Source: Candidatus Dojkabacteria bacterium
Lineage (GTDB): Bacteria > Patescibacteriota > Dojkabacteria > B142 > OLB20
Direction: 5' to 3'
Assembly: GCA_035444565.1 (NCBI GenBank)
Contig: DAOMOX010000001.1
Span: 258,335-322,334, forward strand
Length of the DNA: 64,000 nt
Shown here: piece after piece, positions 56,546-64,000 of the stretch
Numbering within the stretch: position 1 is the first letter of the stretch
Layout of the letters: the number at the start of each line of letters is the position of its first letter
Made by a program: the position numbers and the translations under genes
Notes under the pieces: generated by a model
What the model saw: the letters and a program-made list of their open reading frames with translations, nothing else
The model's database searches: none
Told to the model about the DNA's origin: nothing

Positions 56546-57388
56546 ATGGGACTCGGAAAAGGTTTATCATCATTAATTTCTGAATCTACACTTGAGGAAT
56601 TGAACCAAGCATATATCCCTCACCTGGACATTAACCTTGTCGAACCAAATCCATTTCAACCTAGACTTACTAGACAGGACCCGAAACTAGCACAACTTGC
56701 TGATTCGATTCGTGAAAACGGAATAATTGAACCACTTTTAGTCACCAAAACTCCTGAAGGTCAATTCCAGTTGATTGCAGGAGAAAGACGTCTAAAAGCA
56801 GCAAAACTTGCTGGCAAAAAAGACGTTCCCGTCATTGTCAAAGAAGCATCCCCCCAGCAGATGCTCGAACTTGCAGTTATAGAGAACATCCACAGAAAAG
56901 ACTTAAATCCCCTAGAAGAAGCTATGGCTTTTATGCAACTGCGAGAGAGATTCAAAATGACAGACGAACTGATTTCATCGAAAGTTGGATTTAGTAGGTC
57001 AGCCGTAACCAACAAGATGCGTCTACTTTCATTACCTATGGAACTAAAAGAATTCCTACTTGATGACAAGATAAGTGAAGGTCATGCAAGAGCATTGTTA
57101 GGGTTAAAATCTAGAGCTACAATGCACGTAGCTGCGGATAAAGTGATAGAACAGAACCTTAGTGTAAGAGCCACGGAAGAATTAGTTCGTAGACTTAACA
57201 AGGGAACTCCTAAAAATAAAGAAGGACGATACAGAATTGAAGATGAATTTACATTTAAAGTAGAAACGGATTTAAGAAGTCGATATGGTGAAAAGGTTAA
57301 ACTTTTTAGATCATCCCGTGGGGGGAAAATCGTTATACCATTCGAAAACGATGATCAATTAAAGAATATATATAGTTCGATTGTTTAG
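56546..57388 (+). CDS. parB: Chromosome-partitioning protein ParB/Spo0J
   Basis: 280 aa. 'LGKGLSSLI' N-terminus, 'IEPLLV', 'IAGERRLKAAKLAG' ParB box, HTH region. Confidence 0.85.
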   Translation: MGLGKGLSSLISESTLEELNQAYIPHLDINLVEPNPFQPRLTRQDPKLAQLADSIRENGIIEPLLVTKTPEGQFQLIAGERRLKAAKLAGKKDVPVIVKEASPQQMLELAVIENIHRKDLNPLEEAMAFMQLRERFKMTDELISSKVGFSRSAVTNKMRLLSLPMELKEFLLDDKISEGHARALLGLKSRATMHVAADKVIEQNLSVRATEELVRRLNKGTPKNKEGRYRIEDEFTFKVETDLRSRYGEKVKLFRSSRGGKIVIPFENDDQLKNIYSSIV

Positions 57389-57467
57389 TGAACAGTTGTT
57401 CGTTACTCATGAATTCGTGGTAAAATTCAACTGTTCGTGTAATTATTCTGTTAATTAACACAAAAAT

Positions 57468-58676
57468 ATGCCACGTGCAATATTATCATCAGGTCATACA
57501 AGTGCAGACCCAGGCTCAAAAGCCAATGACCTAGTTGAATACGAAATCTCGAGGAAGATTTCACGAGCTGTTCTCCCCTATCTCAGACAACACGGCATAA
57601 TCACACTTTCAGTTCCAGCAGATTTAGACCTCCTCAAACGTATCGACTGGATTAATAAAACTGGTTACGACGAGACAAACAATGATATTGCTATCGAAAT
57701 ACATATTAACGAAGGTGGTAAAAGTGGAATCGAATCTTGGTACGAAGGCGAAGGAGAAAGTAATTCAAAGAAGCTCTCAGACATTCTTATAAAAACCATA
57801 ACTGTTGAATCCGGACTTCCCAACCAAGGCAGTAAAAGTGAATATGAACATGAAATCGGCTCAATTGCCTTCCTACATGACGTCAATTCAATCACGACTC
57901 TTGTAGAATGCGGATACATCGATAACGAAGACGATGCCAAGTTTCTCAAAGATGACAAAAACATCGATAAATTGGCAAAAGGCATAGCCAAAGGTGTCCT
58001 GGAATATTTCGGAGTTCCATTCAGAGATATTCCACAAGGAAGTCCACCTGTTGTTGCAAGGCCGAATACTCCCAACCCGACACAACCTTTAAATCAGTTC
58101 CAACAACCTCCGAGACCGCCTATGCCGACAAATAATTTTCAAATGCCTTCATACAATTCCGGTGGAATGTCTGGCTTCGACTCAGACTTTGGTCCTTCAC
58201 AACCTACAGGAGGGTTTATGAGTCGAGATGATAGAAAGAAGATGGTGAACGAAATGTACAACAAAATTTTAGGAAGAGAACCAACTCAAAATGACTTAAA
58301 CTACTTTTTGAACATTGGTATTAGTGAACAAGATTTATTAAAAAAGATGGTAGACTCTCAGGAACACGCTGACCTTGTGATGTCTAGACAAGAAGTTATA
58401 AAAGCAAAAGAAGAATTAAACGAACATAGTACAGAGTTACTTCAACTCAGAGCTTCAACCGAAGATCAAAAAATCATCATACGTAACCTTCATGCGCTTA
58501 TCGCACAGAAAAATCAAGCTATCGCACACTTGCAACAGCAATTAGGTATGATGCAAAACTATCAAAACGCTCAACAATCAGTTTCGATTAGTAATACAAC
58601 TTCAGAAACGAAACATAACTACAAAGGAACTTTCTTGGACAAATTGTTCAAAGCATTTAGCGACTTGTTTGAGTAA
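57468..58676 (+). CDS. N-acetylmuramoyl-L-alanine amidase (Amidase_3-like) with Pro/Gln-rich linker and C-terminal coiled-coil extension
   Basis: 402 aa. 'AILSSGHTSADPGS', 'IAIEIHINEG', 'VECGYIDNEDDAKFL' match the amidase_3 zinc-ligand regions. Residues ~190-250 are P/Q/N-rich; the C-terminus is heptad-like. Confidence 0.6.
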   Translation: MPRAILSSGHTSADPGSKANDLVEYEISRKISRAVLPYLRQHGIITLSVPADLDLLKRIDWINKTGYDETNNDIAIEIHINEGGKSGIESWYEGEGESNSKKLSDILIKTITVESGLPNQGSKSEYEHEIGSIAFLHDVNSITTLVECGYIDNEDDAKFLKDDKNIDKLAKGIAKGVLEYFGVPFRDIPQGSPPVVARPNTPNPTQPLNQFQQPPRPPMPTNNFQMPSYNSGGMSGFDSDFGPSQPTGGFMSRDDRKKMVNEMYNKILGREPTQNDLNYFLNIGISEQDLLKKMVDSQEHADLVMSRQEVIKAKEELNEHSTELLQLRASTEDQKIIIRNLHALIAQKNQAIAHLQQQLGMMQNYQNAQQSVSISNTTSETKHNYKGTFLDKLFKAFSDLFE

Positions 58677-58983
58677 GCACCCCCGATTTTCACTTGACTA
58701 TAAGTATGTTTAAGCATATCATTAGACTATATTGCACAGGTAAGTCCTTTTTCTTGGATGTTCGTATACTTAAAGTATGTGTTAATAATAAATGACAAAT
58801 TTCAAAGTAAAAATATTATTGAACAAAAGCAAGTCGTGTAAAGACGTTGCGCATACCCAACTCCTCTATCGGAGTAATAGTCTATTAATCATCCCAGGAA
58901 GATAAATCAAAACTTACCTAAAGTAAGAAAAATATCACTATTTTTATAGTTATATTTTTCATTTTAGTTATTAATTTATTTGG

Positions 58984-60528
58984 ATGGAAACAATACTATT
59001 AATCGTATTGTCAATCATAGCAACGGGAGGACTGGGTGCAAGCTACATGCTCACCAGAAACAAAAAAGAGCTTGAAAAAAAGCTGAAGGATCCCAAGTTT
59101 GTTGACATATCCGAGGACGAAGCAATTCGTAAAGCCAGTTTGAAAGCACAGAACACAATTCTTGAAGCTGAAAGAGAAGCCGACAAGATTAAAACTGAAG
59201 CGATGAAACAAACTACCGAACTGAAACAAACAGTTCTCGCTGAGGAAAAACGACTCGACGAAAGAGAGAAAAAGTTAGTCGACAGAGCAAAAGTTCTAGA
59301 TGAAAGGTTCGAAAGCATCGAGAACAAAGAAAAAGCTGTAGAACAAGCCAAAAAAGACGTAAAAAGAAGAAGTGAGAAAATTACCGAAGAGCTTCAGAAG
59401 TTAGCACGACTATCACCTGAAGAGGCCAAAAAATTGGTGATGGACAGAACTGAAGAAGAACTCAAATCCTATGTAGCTAGGAAAATCAGAGAGGCAGATT
59501 TCGAAATACAATCCACCTCCGAAAAAGTCAGTCGTGAAATTTTGGTAGACGTAATGCAAAAAAGTGCTACTGATTATGTAGCAGAGTCTACAGCAACGAC
59601 AATTGATATTGAAAACGAAGAATTAAAAGGAAAAATAATCGGAAAAGAAGGTCGAAATATTAGAACATTCGAGAGACTTACTGGTGTTGACATCATAGTA
59701 GATGAGGCACCGAACCAAGTTACCCTATCCTGCTTCGATCCAATCAGACGTGAAGTAGCTGCACTAGCATTACAGAAACTCCTCAAGGATGGAAGAGTTC
59801 ATCCAGGAAGTATCGAAGAAACAATTTATGGAATCAAAAACGAGCTTTCAAAAGAAATTAAAAGAACTGGAGAAAAACTTGCATACGATTCAGGTTGTAA
59901 CGATCTTCCACAAGAAGTCATCAAACTACTTGGAAGATTCAAATACAGATTTAGCTATGGACAGAATCTCATCAAACATAGTATGGAGATGGTCAATCTA
60001 GGTGGACAACTAGCATCTGAACTTGGTGCAGACGTAAATTTCGTGAAGAAAGCATGCCTACTCCACGACATTGGAAAAGTTCTGACTCACGAGATTGAGG
60101 GTAAACCCCATCACCATATCTCTGGAGATGTAGTCAGGAAATATTTGAAAGATGAAAAATTAGCAAATGCAGTAGAATCACATCATGGTGATATTGACAC
60201 TACTTCGTTAGAAGCAGAAATCGTAAAAATTGCTGATGCAATCTCTGGTGCAAGACCAGGTGCTAGAAAAGACAGCTACGAAAATTACGTTAAAAGAGTA
60301 AAAGGTCTAGAAGATATTGCTAAGAAATATGAAGGTGTTGAAGAAGCTTACGCAATTCACGCTGGACGCGAAGTCAGAGTTATTTTCAAACCATCTATTG
60401 CTAGTGACGACGATGTGGTAATCACAACCCACAAAATCGCAAAAGAAATTGAAGAGACACAAAACTATCCTGGATCTGTAAAAGTTACAGCAATCAGAGA
60501 ACTTCGCGTAACAGAAGAAGCAAAATAA
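58984..60528 (+). CDS. rny: Ribonuclease Y
   Basis: 514 aa. N-terminal TM, long coiled-coil, KH domain 'GKIIGKEGRNIRTFERLTGVDIIVD', HD domain 'LLHDIGKV...HH'. Confidence 0.85.
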   Translation: METILLIVLSIIATGGLGASYMLTRNKKELEKKLKDPKFVDISEDEAIRKASLKAQNTILEAEREADKIKTEAMKQTTELKQTVLAEEKRLDEREKKLVDRAKVLDERFESIENKEKAVEQAKKDVKRRSEKITEELQKLARLSPEEAKKLVMDRTEEELKSYVARKIREADFEIQSTSEKVSREILVDVMQKSATDYVAESTATTIDIENEELKGKIIGKEGRNIRTFERLTGVDIIVDEAPNQVTLSCFDPIRREVAALALQKLLKDGRVHPGSIEETIYGIKNELSKEIKRTGEKLAYDSGCNDLPQEVIKLLGRFKYRFSYGQNLIKHSMEMVNLGGQLASELGADVNFVKKACLLHDIGKVLTHEIEGKPHHHISGDVVRKYLKDEKLANAVESHHGDIDTTSLEAEIVKIADAISGARPGARKDSYENYVKRVKGLEDIAKKYEGVEEAYAIHAGREVRVIFKPSIASDDDVVITTHKIAKEIEETQNYPGSVKVTAIRELRVTEEAK

Positions 60529-60529
60529 A

Positions 60530-61531
60530 ATGTCGATTAAAGATAGAAAGTTACAACATATCAAAATTGTCTTAGAGAAGGATACGCAGCCGTATCCTTC
60601 TTCTTTTGACAAATATATTCTACCCCACAAATCACTTCCAGAAATCGACTTAAAAGAAATCGACACCACAGTCAAATTCTTCGACAAAGAAATTTCGTTT
60701 CCATTTATGATTGCATCGATGACTGGTGGTGAAGAATTTGGAAAAACAATTAACACCAATCTTGCCATTGCTGCAGAAAAAAACAGAATTCCGCTCGCAC
60801 TCGGATCGATGAGAGTCATATTGAAGAAACCAGAATCACTGGACAGCTTTAATGTGCGCCACCTTTGCCCTTCTGTTCCGTTGTTCGCAAATATGGGTTT
60901 GGTACAGTTAAATTATGGGTATGGAGCAAAAGAAATTAACAAGTTAATCGATATGATTGAAGCTGATGGGATATTTTTACACATAAATCATCTCCAAGAA
61001 GCGATTCAACCAGAAGGTGACACTAACTTCAAAGGACTGATTGATAAACTTGCGAAGATTCTACCCAAGATCAAAAAACCTGTTCTTATCAAAGAAGTTG
61101 GCAACGGAATTGACAAAGAAACAGCTAAAAGACTCAGCGAGATTGGTATCAAATGGATCGATGTCTCAGGTGGCGGTGGAACTAGTTGGCCTTGGGTAGA
61201 AGGCTATCGTCGAGATGATGACCTTGGAGACATATTCAAAACTGAGTCAATTCCCACAGATAAGTGCTTAATCGATTGTGGGGAAATTGAAGATCTAAAC
61301 TTGATAGCTTGTGGAGGAATACGAAATGGCAAACATATAGCACTAAGTGTGATGTTGGGAGCAGATATGGCATCTTGTGCTAAGCCATTACTTCAACCTG
61401 CGTTAGTAAGCCCAGAAGCTTGTACGAAATTGATAGAAAAATATAAAAAAGAATTTCAAATCAGCATGTTCACTGTAGGTGCAAAGGGAGTTGAAGAACT
61501 AAAAGAAATCCAGCCGAAGCTTAATGCTTAG
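60530..61531 (+). CDS. fni: Isopentenyl-diphosphate delta-isomerase, type 2 (FMN-dependent)
   Basis: 333 aa. 'RKLQHIKIVL', 'FPFMIASMTGGEEFGKTINTNLAIAAEKNRIPLALGSMRV' matches the IDI-2 MTGG...IN..LA..A...GSQ block. Glycine-rich 'VSGGGGTSW' FMN/phosphate region. Confidence 0.7.
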   Translation: MSIKDRKLQHIKIVLEKDTQPYPSSFDKYILPHKSLPEIDLKEIDTTVKFFDKEISFPFMIASMTGGEEFGKTINTNLAIAAEKNRIPLALGSMRVILKKPESLDSFNVRHLCPSVPLFANMGLVQLNYGYGAKEINKLIDMIEADGIFLHINHLQEAIQPEGDTNFKGLIDKLAKILPKIKKPVLIKEVGNGIDKETAKRLSEIGIKWIDVSGGGGTSWPWVEGYRRDDDLGDIFKTESIPTDKCLIDCGEIEDLNLIACGGIRNGKHIALSVMLGADMASCAKPLLQPALVSPEACTKLIEKYKKEFQISMFTVGAKGVEELKEIQPKLNA

Positions 61532-62324
61532 GCTTTTCGTAAATCACTTGACCCTCTTGAAGTGCAGTCTCCAAAAAACTCTCCCCCTCATCATCCACCA
61601 TCAAGTTAAACTCTTCCGGTGTATAGACTAGTGGTTCAATTATCGGCGATCCTTCTTTCGTGGATTTTCTTGCTTTGAAAATTCTTTCAATAAAGCTAGC
61701 GTCTGTTTTAGCGATTATTAAGATATCCATTGTAGAGAGTCTACTAACTTGTTTATCTCTAGCAAATCTACCAAAGAGGATTATTTTCTCAGGGTCAAAT
61801 GCAATAATTAATTTTTCCCTTATTACCTTGAGACGATTTTCAATTTCTTCTTTTGTAAACATTTCATCATAGGACAATAATAATTCCTGCGACTCCATAG
61901 GATGTGAAAGTATCACGGATATTTTCTTTAGAAATTCTTGAGCTTGTGTGTATGCTCTCTCTGCTTCAGGTTTCGTGATAATCTCGTGAGGTGTTTTTGT
62001 ACGTCCTGGAAGTAAAAACGGATAACGAGAGACAAATGTAAACGATTCTAAAAATCTGAATTGAAATTTGGTCTGTTTGAACTCCGGACAGATCCTATTA
62101 CAAATCCCCATCAATGTCTGGAGTTTGTGAATTCTTGGAGGGTTTGCACCTGCATATACAATAACTGCTTTCAAAGATTTCTCTACTGCCTGGACGGCTT
62201 GGAAAGTCGACCATTCATAAAAACCCTCATCTAGTGAGAGTTTGGATGCTTGTAAATCAAATTCACCCTGTCTAAACCAGACTATATGTCTTGCTTTTTT
62301 TGATTCGTGTTTATATTCAATCAA
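61521..62324 (-). CDS. Fused HEPN (N-terminal) / minimal nucleotidyltransferase (C-terminal) protein, toxin-antitoxin-like
   Basis: 267 aa. The N-terminal part 'FQAVQAVEKSLKAVIVYAG...PRIHKLQTL' resembles the HEPN helical core. The C-terminal part 'IILFGRFARDKQVSRLSTMDILIIAKTD' resembles the MNT hG[SG]xxRG...SDxDL motif (degenerate). Confidence 0.45.
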   Translation of the reverse strand: MIEYKHESKKARHIVWFRQGEFDLQASKLSLDEGFYEWSTFQAVQAVEKSLKAVIVYAGANPPRIHKLQTLMGICNRICPEFKQTKFQFRFLESFTFVSRYPFLLPGRTKTPHEIITKPEAERAYTQAQEFLKKISVILSHPMESQELLLSYDEMFTKEEIENRLKVIREKLIIAFDPEKIILFGRFARDKQVSRLSTMDILIIAKTDASFIERIFKARKSTKEGSPIIEPLVYTPEEFNLMVDDEGESFLETALQEGQVIYEKPKH

Positions 62325-62914
62325 GAGATTAATTCCTCATATGATCCAATTAGCAGAACAATCCTTTGCGTCAAAATATTTAGAACAAACGGATCTCTTC
62401 GTTTCTTCTTTAAGAAGAATTCACGTTCTGTCATCACGGTATAAAATATTTCACGTTCTAGCTTCTGCTCTGCCTGCTCTACTAGTTCCGTAAGTTTGGG
62501 TAAGTCGATGGTCCCAATAACCACTAAATCAATTTTCTGAGAAGAAGTATGATTTTGCTTGAGATAATCTTCCGTAAGAAGAGCAAACTTAACTTCTCCT
62601 AAAGTTTTATTAGCTCGTATCAATTTCCCTCCTAGTCCAAATGCCTTGTGCATCATACTTAGAAGTTCGTAATAATAGACACTGTCTTTGTTCTGTTGGA
62701 AGAATTTCTTTGAACCATCTTCTTCTGAGACAACAATGCCTACTTCTTCGAGTCTGGTTAGTTCTCTTCTCACTGCGTTGATTTCTTCGTCAATTTCGCG
62801 AACAATTCCCCTTAGATGTAACTTCACATCCGGCTGAAGCAGGAAGAATTTAAGAACTTTTATTCTTACCTTTGATACTAAAAGTGCTTCTAGTGTTGAC
62901 GATGCTCTACCCAT
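62321..62914 (-). CDS. Winged-helix (ArsR/MarR-like) DNA-binding protein with uncharacterised C-terminal domain; operonic with the HEPN-NTase gene
   Basis: 197 aa. 'ALLVSKVRIKVLKFFLLQPDVKLHLRGIVREIDEEINAVRRELTRLEEVGIV' is a wHTH. Overlaps the downstream gene by 4 bp. Confidence 0.45.
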   Translation of the reverse strand: MGRASSTLEALLVSKVRIKVLKFFLLQPDVKLHLRGIVREIDEEINAVRRELTRLEEVGIVVSEEDGSKKFFQQNKDSVYYYELLSMMHKAFGLGGKLIRANKTLGEVKFALLTEDYLKQNHTSSQKIDLVVIGTIDLPKLTELVEQAEQKLEREIFYTVMTEREFFLKKKRRDPFVLNILTQRIVLLIGSYEELIS

Positions 62915-62926
62915 AGTTAATTATTA

Positions 62927-63958
62927 TTAAATCTTACTTTTTGTTTTGACCTCTTGATAAATTTCCTTGCGTAATTTTGAATCATCTTTAAGCAATTCTT
63001 TGACTGCGTCTTTACCTTGACCGAGTTGATTGTCACCTTTTCTAAACCATGCTCCAGACTTCTCAATTACTCCAAACTGTATTGCTGCGTCTACAAGTGA
63101 ACTAATCTTATCTATTCCGTTTGGATAAATAATATCAAACTCTGCTTCTTTAAATGGAGGAGCCATCTTGTTTTTGACTACTTTAACGCGTACAACATGA
63201 CCACGAACATCATCTAGTTTACCTATTTTTTCTTTTTTGCGAATATCTAACCTCACCGATGCATAGAATTTCAGTGCATTACCACCTGTTGTAGTTTCTG
63301 GATTTCCAAACATAATACCAATTTTCATTCTTAATTGATTTATGAAAACCACCGTAGTTCCTGTTTTCGAACAAATAGCTGTAATTTTCCTCAAAGCTTG
63401 ACTCATCAATCGAGCTTGAAGACCCATATGTGAATCTCCCATTTCTCCTTCAATCTCAGCTCTTGGAGTAAGTGCTGCAACAGAGTCAACAACGATAACA
63501 CCTACCGTTCCTGATCGAATAAGAGTTTCTAAAATTTCAAGCGCTTGCTCTCCATAATCAGGTTGTGAGATTAGTAAATCATCAAGATTAATCCCAATAT
63601 TTCTAGCGTACTCAGCATCGAATGCATGTTCTGCATCGATAAAAGCTGCTGTTTCGCCTTTTGCTTGTGCTTCAGAAATGATATGCATGGCCAAAGTTGT
63701 TTTACCCGAAGACTCTGGTCCATAAATCTCTACTATTCTGCCTTTGGGAACTCCTCCAATACCTAGTGCAATATCAAGTGACAATGCACCAGTCGATATA
63801 ACATCCACGTCAGATCTTGCTCTATCGCTAAACTTCATAATAGAACCTTTTCCAAATTGTTTTTCGATTTGTTGAATAGCTGCGTTTAATGCTTGTGACT
63901 TGCCAGTGTTTACTTCCTTTACTGGTTCAGTTGTTTTTTCGGTAGATTGTTTTGCCAT
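62927..63958 (-). CDS. recA: Recombinase RecA
   Basis: 343 aa. '[33 protein letters not shown]' (Walker A), '[10 protein letters not shown]', 'VVVDSVAAL', '[37 protein letters not shown]'. Confidence 0.95.
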   Translation of the reverse strand: MAKQSTEKTTEPVKEVNTGKSQALNAAIQQIEKQFGKGSIMKFSDRARSDVDVISTGALSLDIALGIGGVPKGRIVEIYGPESSGKTTLAMHIISEAQAKGETAAFIDAEHAFDAEYARNIGINLDDLLISQPDYGEQALEILETLIRSGTVGVIVVDSVAALTPRAEIEGEMGDSHMGLQARLMSQALRKITAICSKTGTTVVFINQLRMKIGIMFGNPETTTGGNALKFYASVRLDIRKKEKIGKLDDVRGHVVRVKVVKNKMAPPFKEAEFDIIYPNGIDKISSLVDAAIQFGVIEKSGAWFRKGDNQLGQGKDAVKELLKDDSKLRKEIYQEVKTKSKI

Positions 63959-64000
63959 ATGATGTCTCTAAAAAATAAAGCTTCGGGCTGAAAAATTTCA

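Noticed and set aside
58680-58983. 300-bp AT-rich gap before rny scanned for tRNA/ncRNA/riboswitch
   Set aside because: No tRNA-like T-arm/D-arm signatures, no recognisable riboswitch core, no conserved structure evident. Only a weak TTGACT…TATCAT promoter-like pair near 58694-58728, which I do not consider strong enough to report.

Overview
This 64-kb window looks like a low-GC (roughly one-third GC by eye), tightly packed bacterial chromosome segment. The housekeeping set (lgt, rny, two lepB, parA/parB, fmt, recA, ileS, type-2 IPP isomerase) points to a reduced Gram-positive-type bacterium, perhaps CPR/Patescibacteria-like; that lineage call is inference only. Working 5' to 3':
(1) The window opens on the 3' end of aclB followed by a complete aclA, i.e. 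a two-subunit ATP-citrate lyase with eukaryote-like motifs.
(2) About 40 kb (galE at 2 kb to a Wzm/Wzt-type ABC exporter at 41.7 kb) is a rhamnose-containing surface-polysaccharide locus. It carries rfbA/B/C/D split across the locus, about 12 GT2/GT4 glycosyltransferases, two GtrB-like polyprenyl-phosphate glycosyltransferases, polytopic GT-C-like membrane proteins, GtrA, a UDP-ManNAc dehydrogenase, a WecB-like 2-epimerase, a NeuD-type acetyltransferase, a GATase-II::WbuX amidotransferase fusion, methyltransferases, and a split WbdD-like methyltransferase plus kinase-like coiled-coil pair beside the ABC exporter. An S8 subtilase with four C-terminal ~95-aa repeats sits inside the locus.
(3) Four intergenic arrays between 3.0 and 13.7 kb carry a GC-rich ~128-bp composite palindromic repeat. 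Each unit has two perfect 23-nt palindromes with compensatory stem variants, and one unit per array has a nested insertion. They are confined to the rfb/glycosyltransferase region.
(4) ileS encodes a 1336-aa IleRS with two ~190-aa inserted domains: a CYTH/triphosphate-tunnel-like domain in the editing region and a histidine-phosphatase (RHG) domain before the KMSKS half.
(5) Two small candidate toxin-antitoxin or abortive-infection modules are present: an AbiEii-like nucleotidyltransferase with an 88-aa upstream partner, and a wHTH protein with a fused HEPN-nucleotidyltransferase beside recA.
No tRNA, rRNA, CRISPR array or obvious transposase was found.
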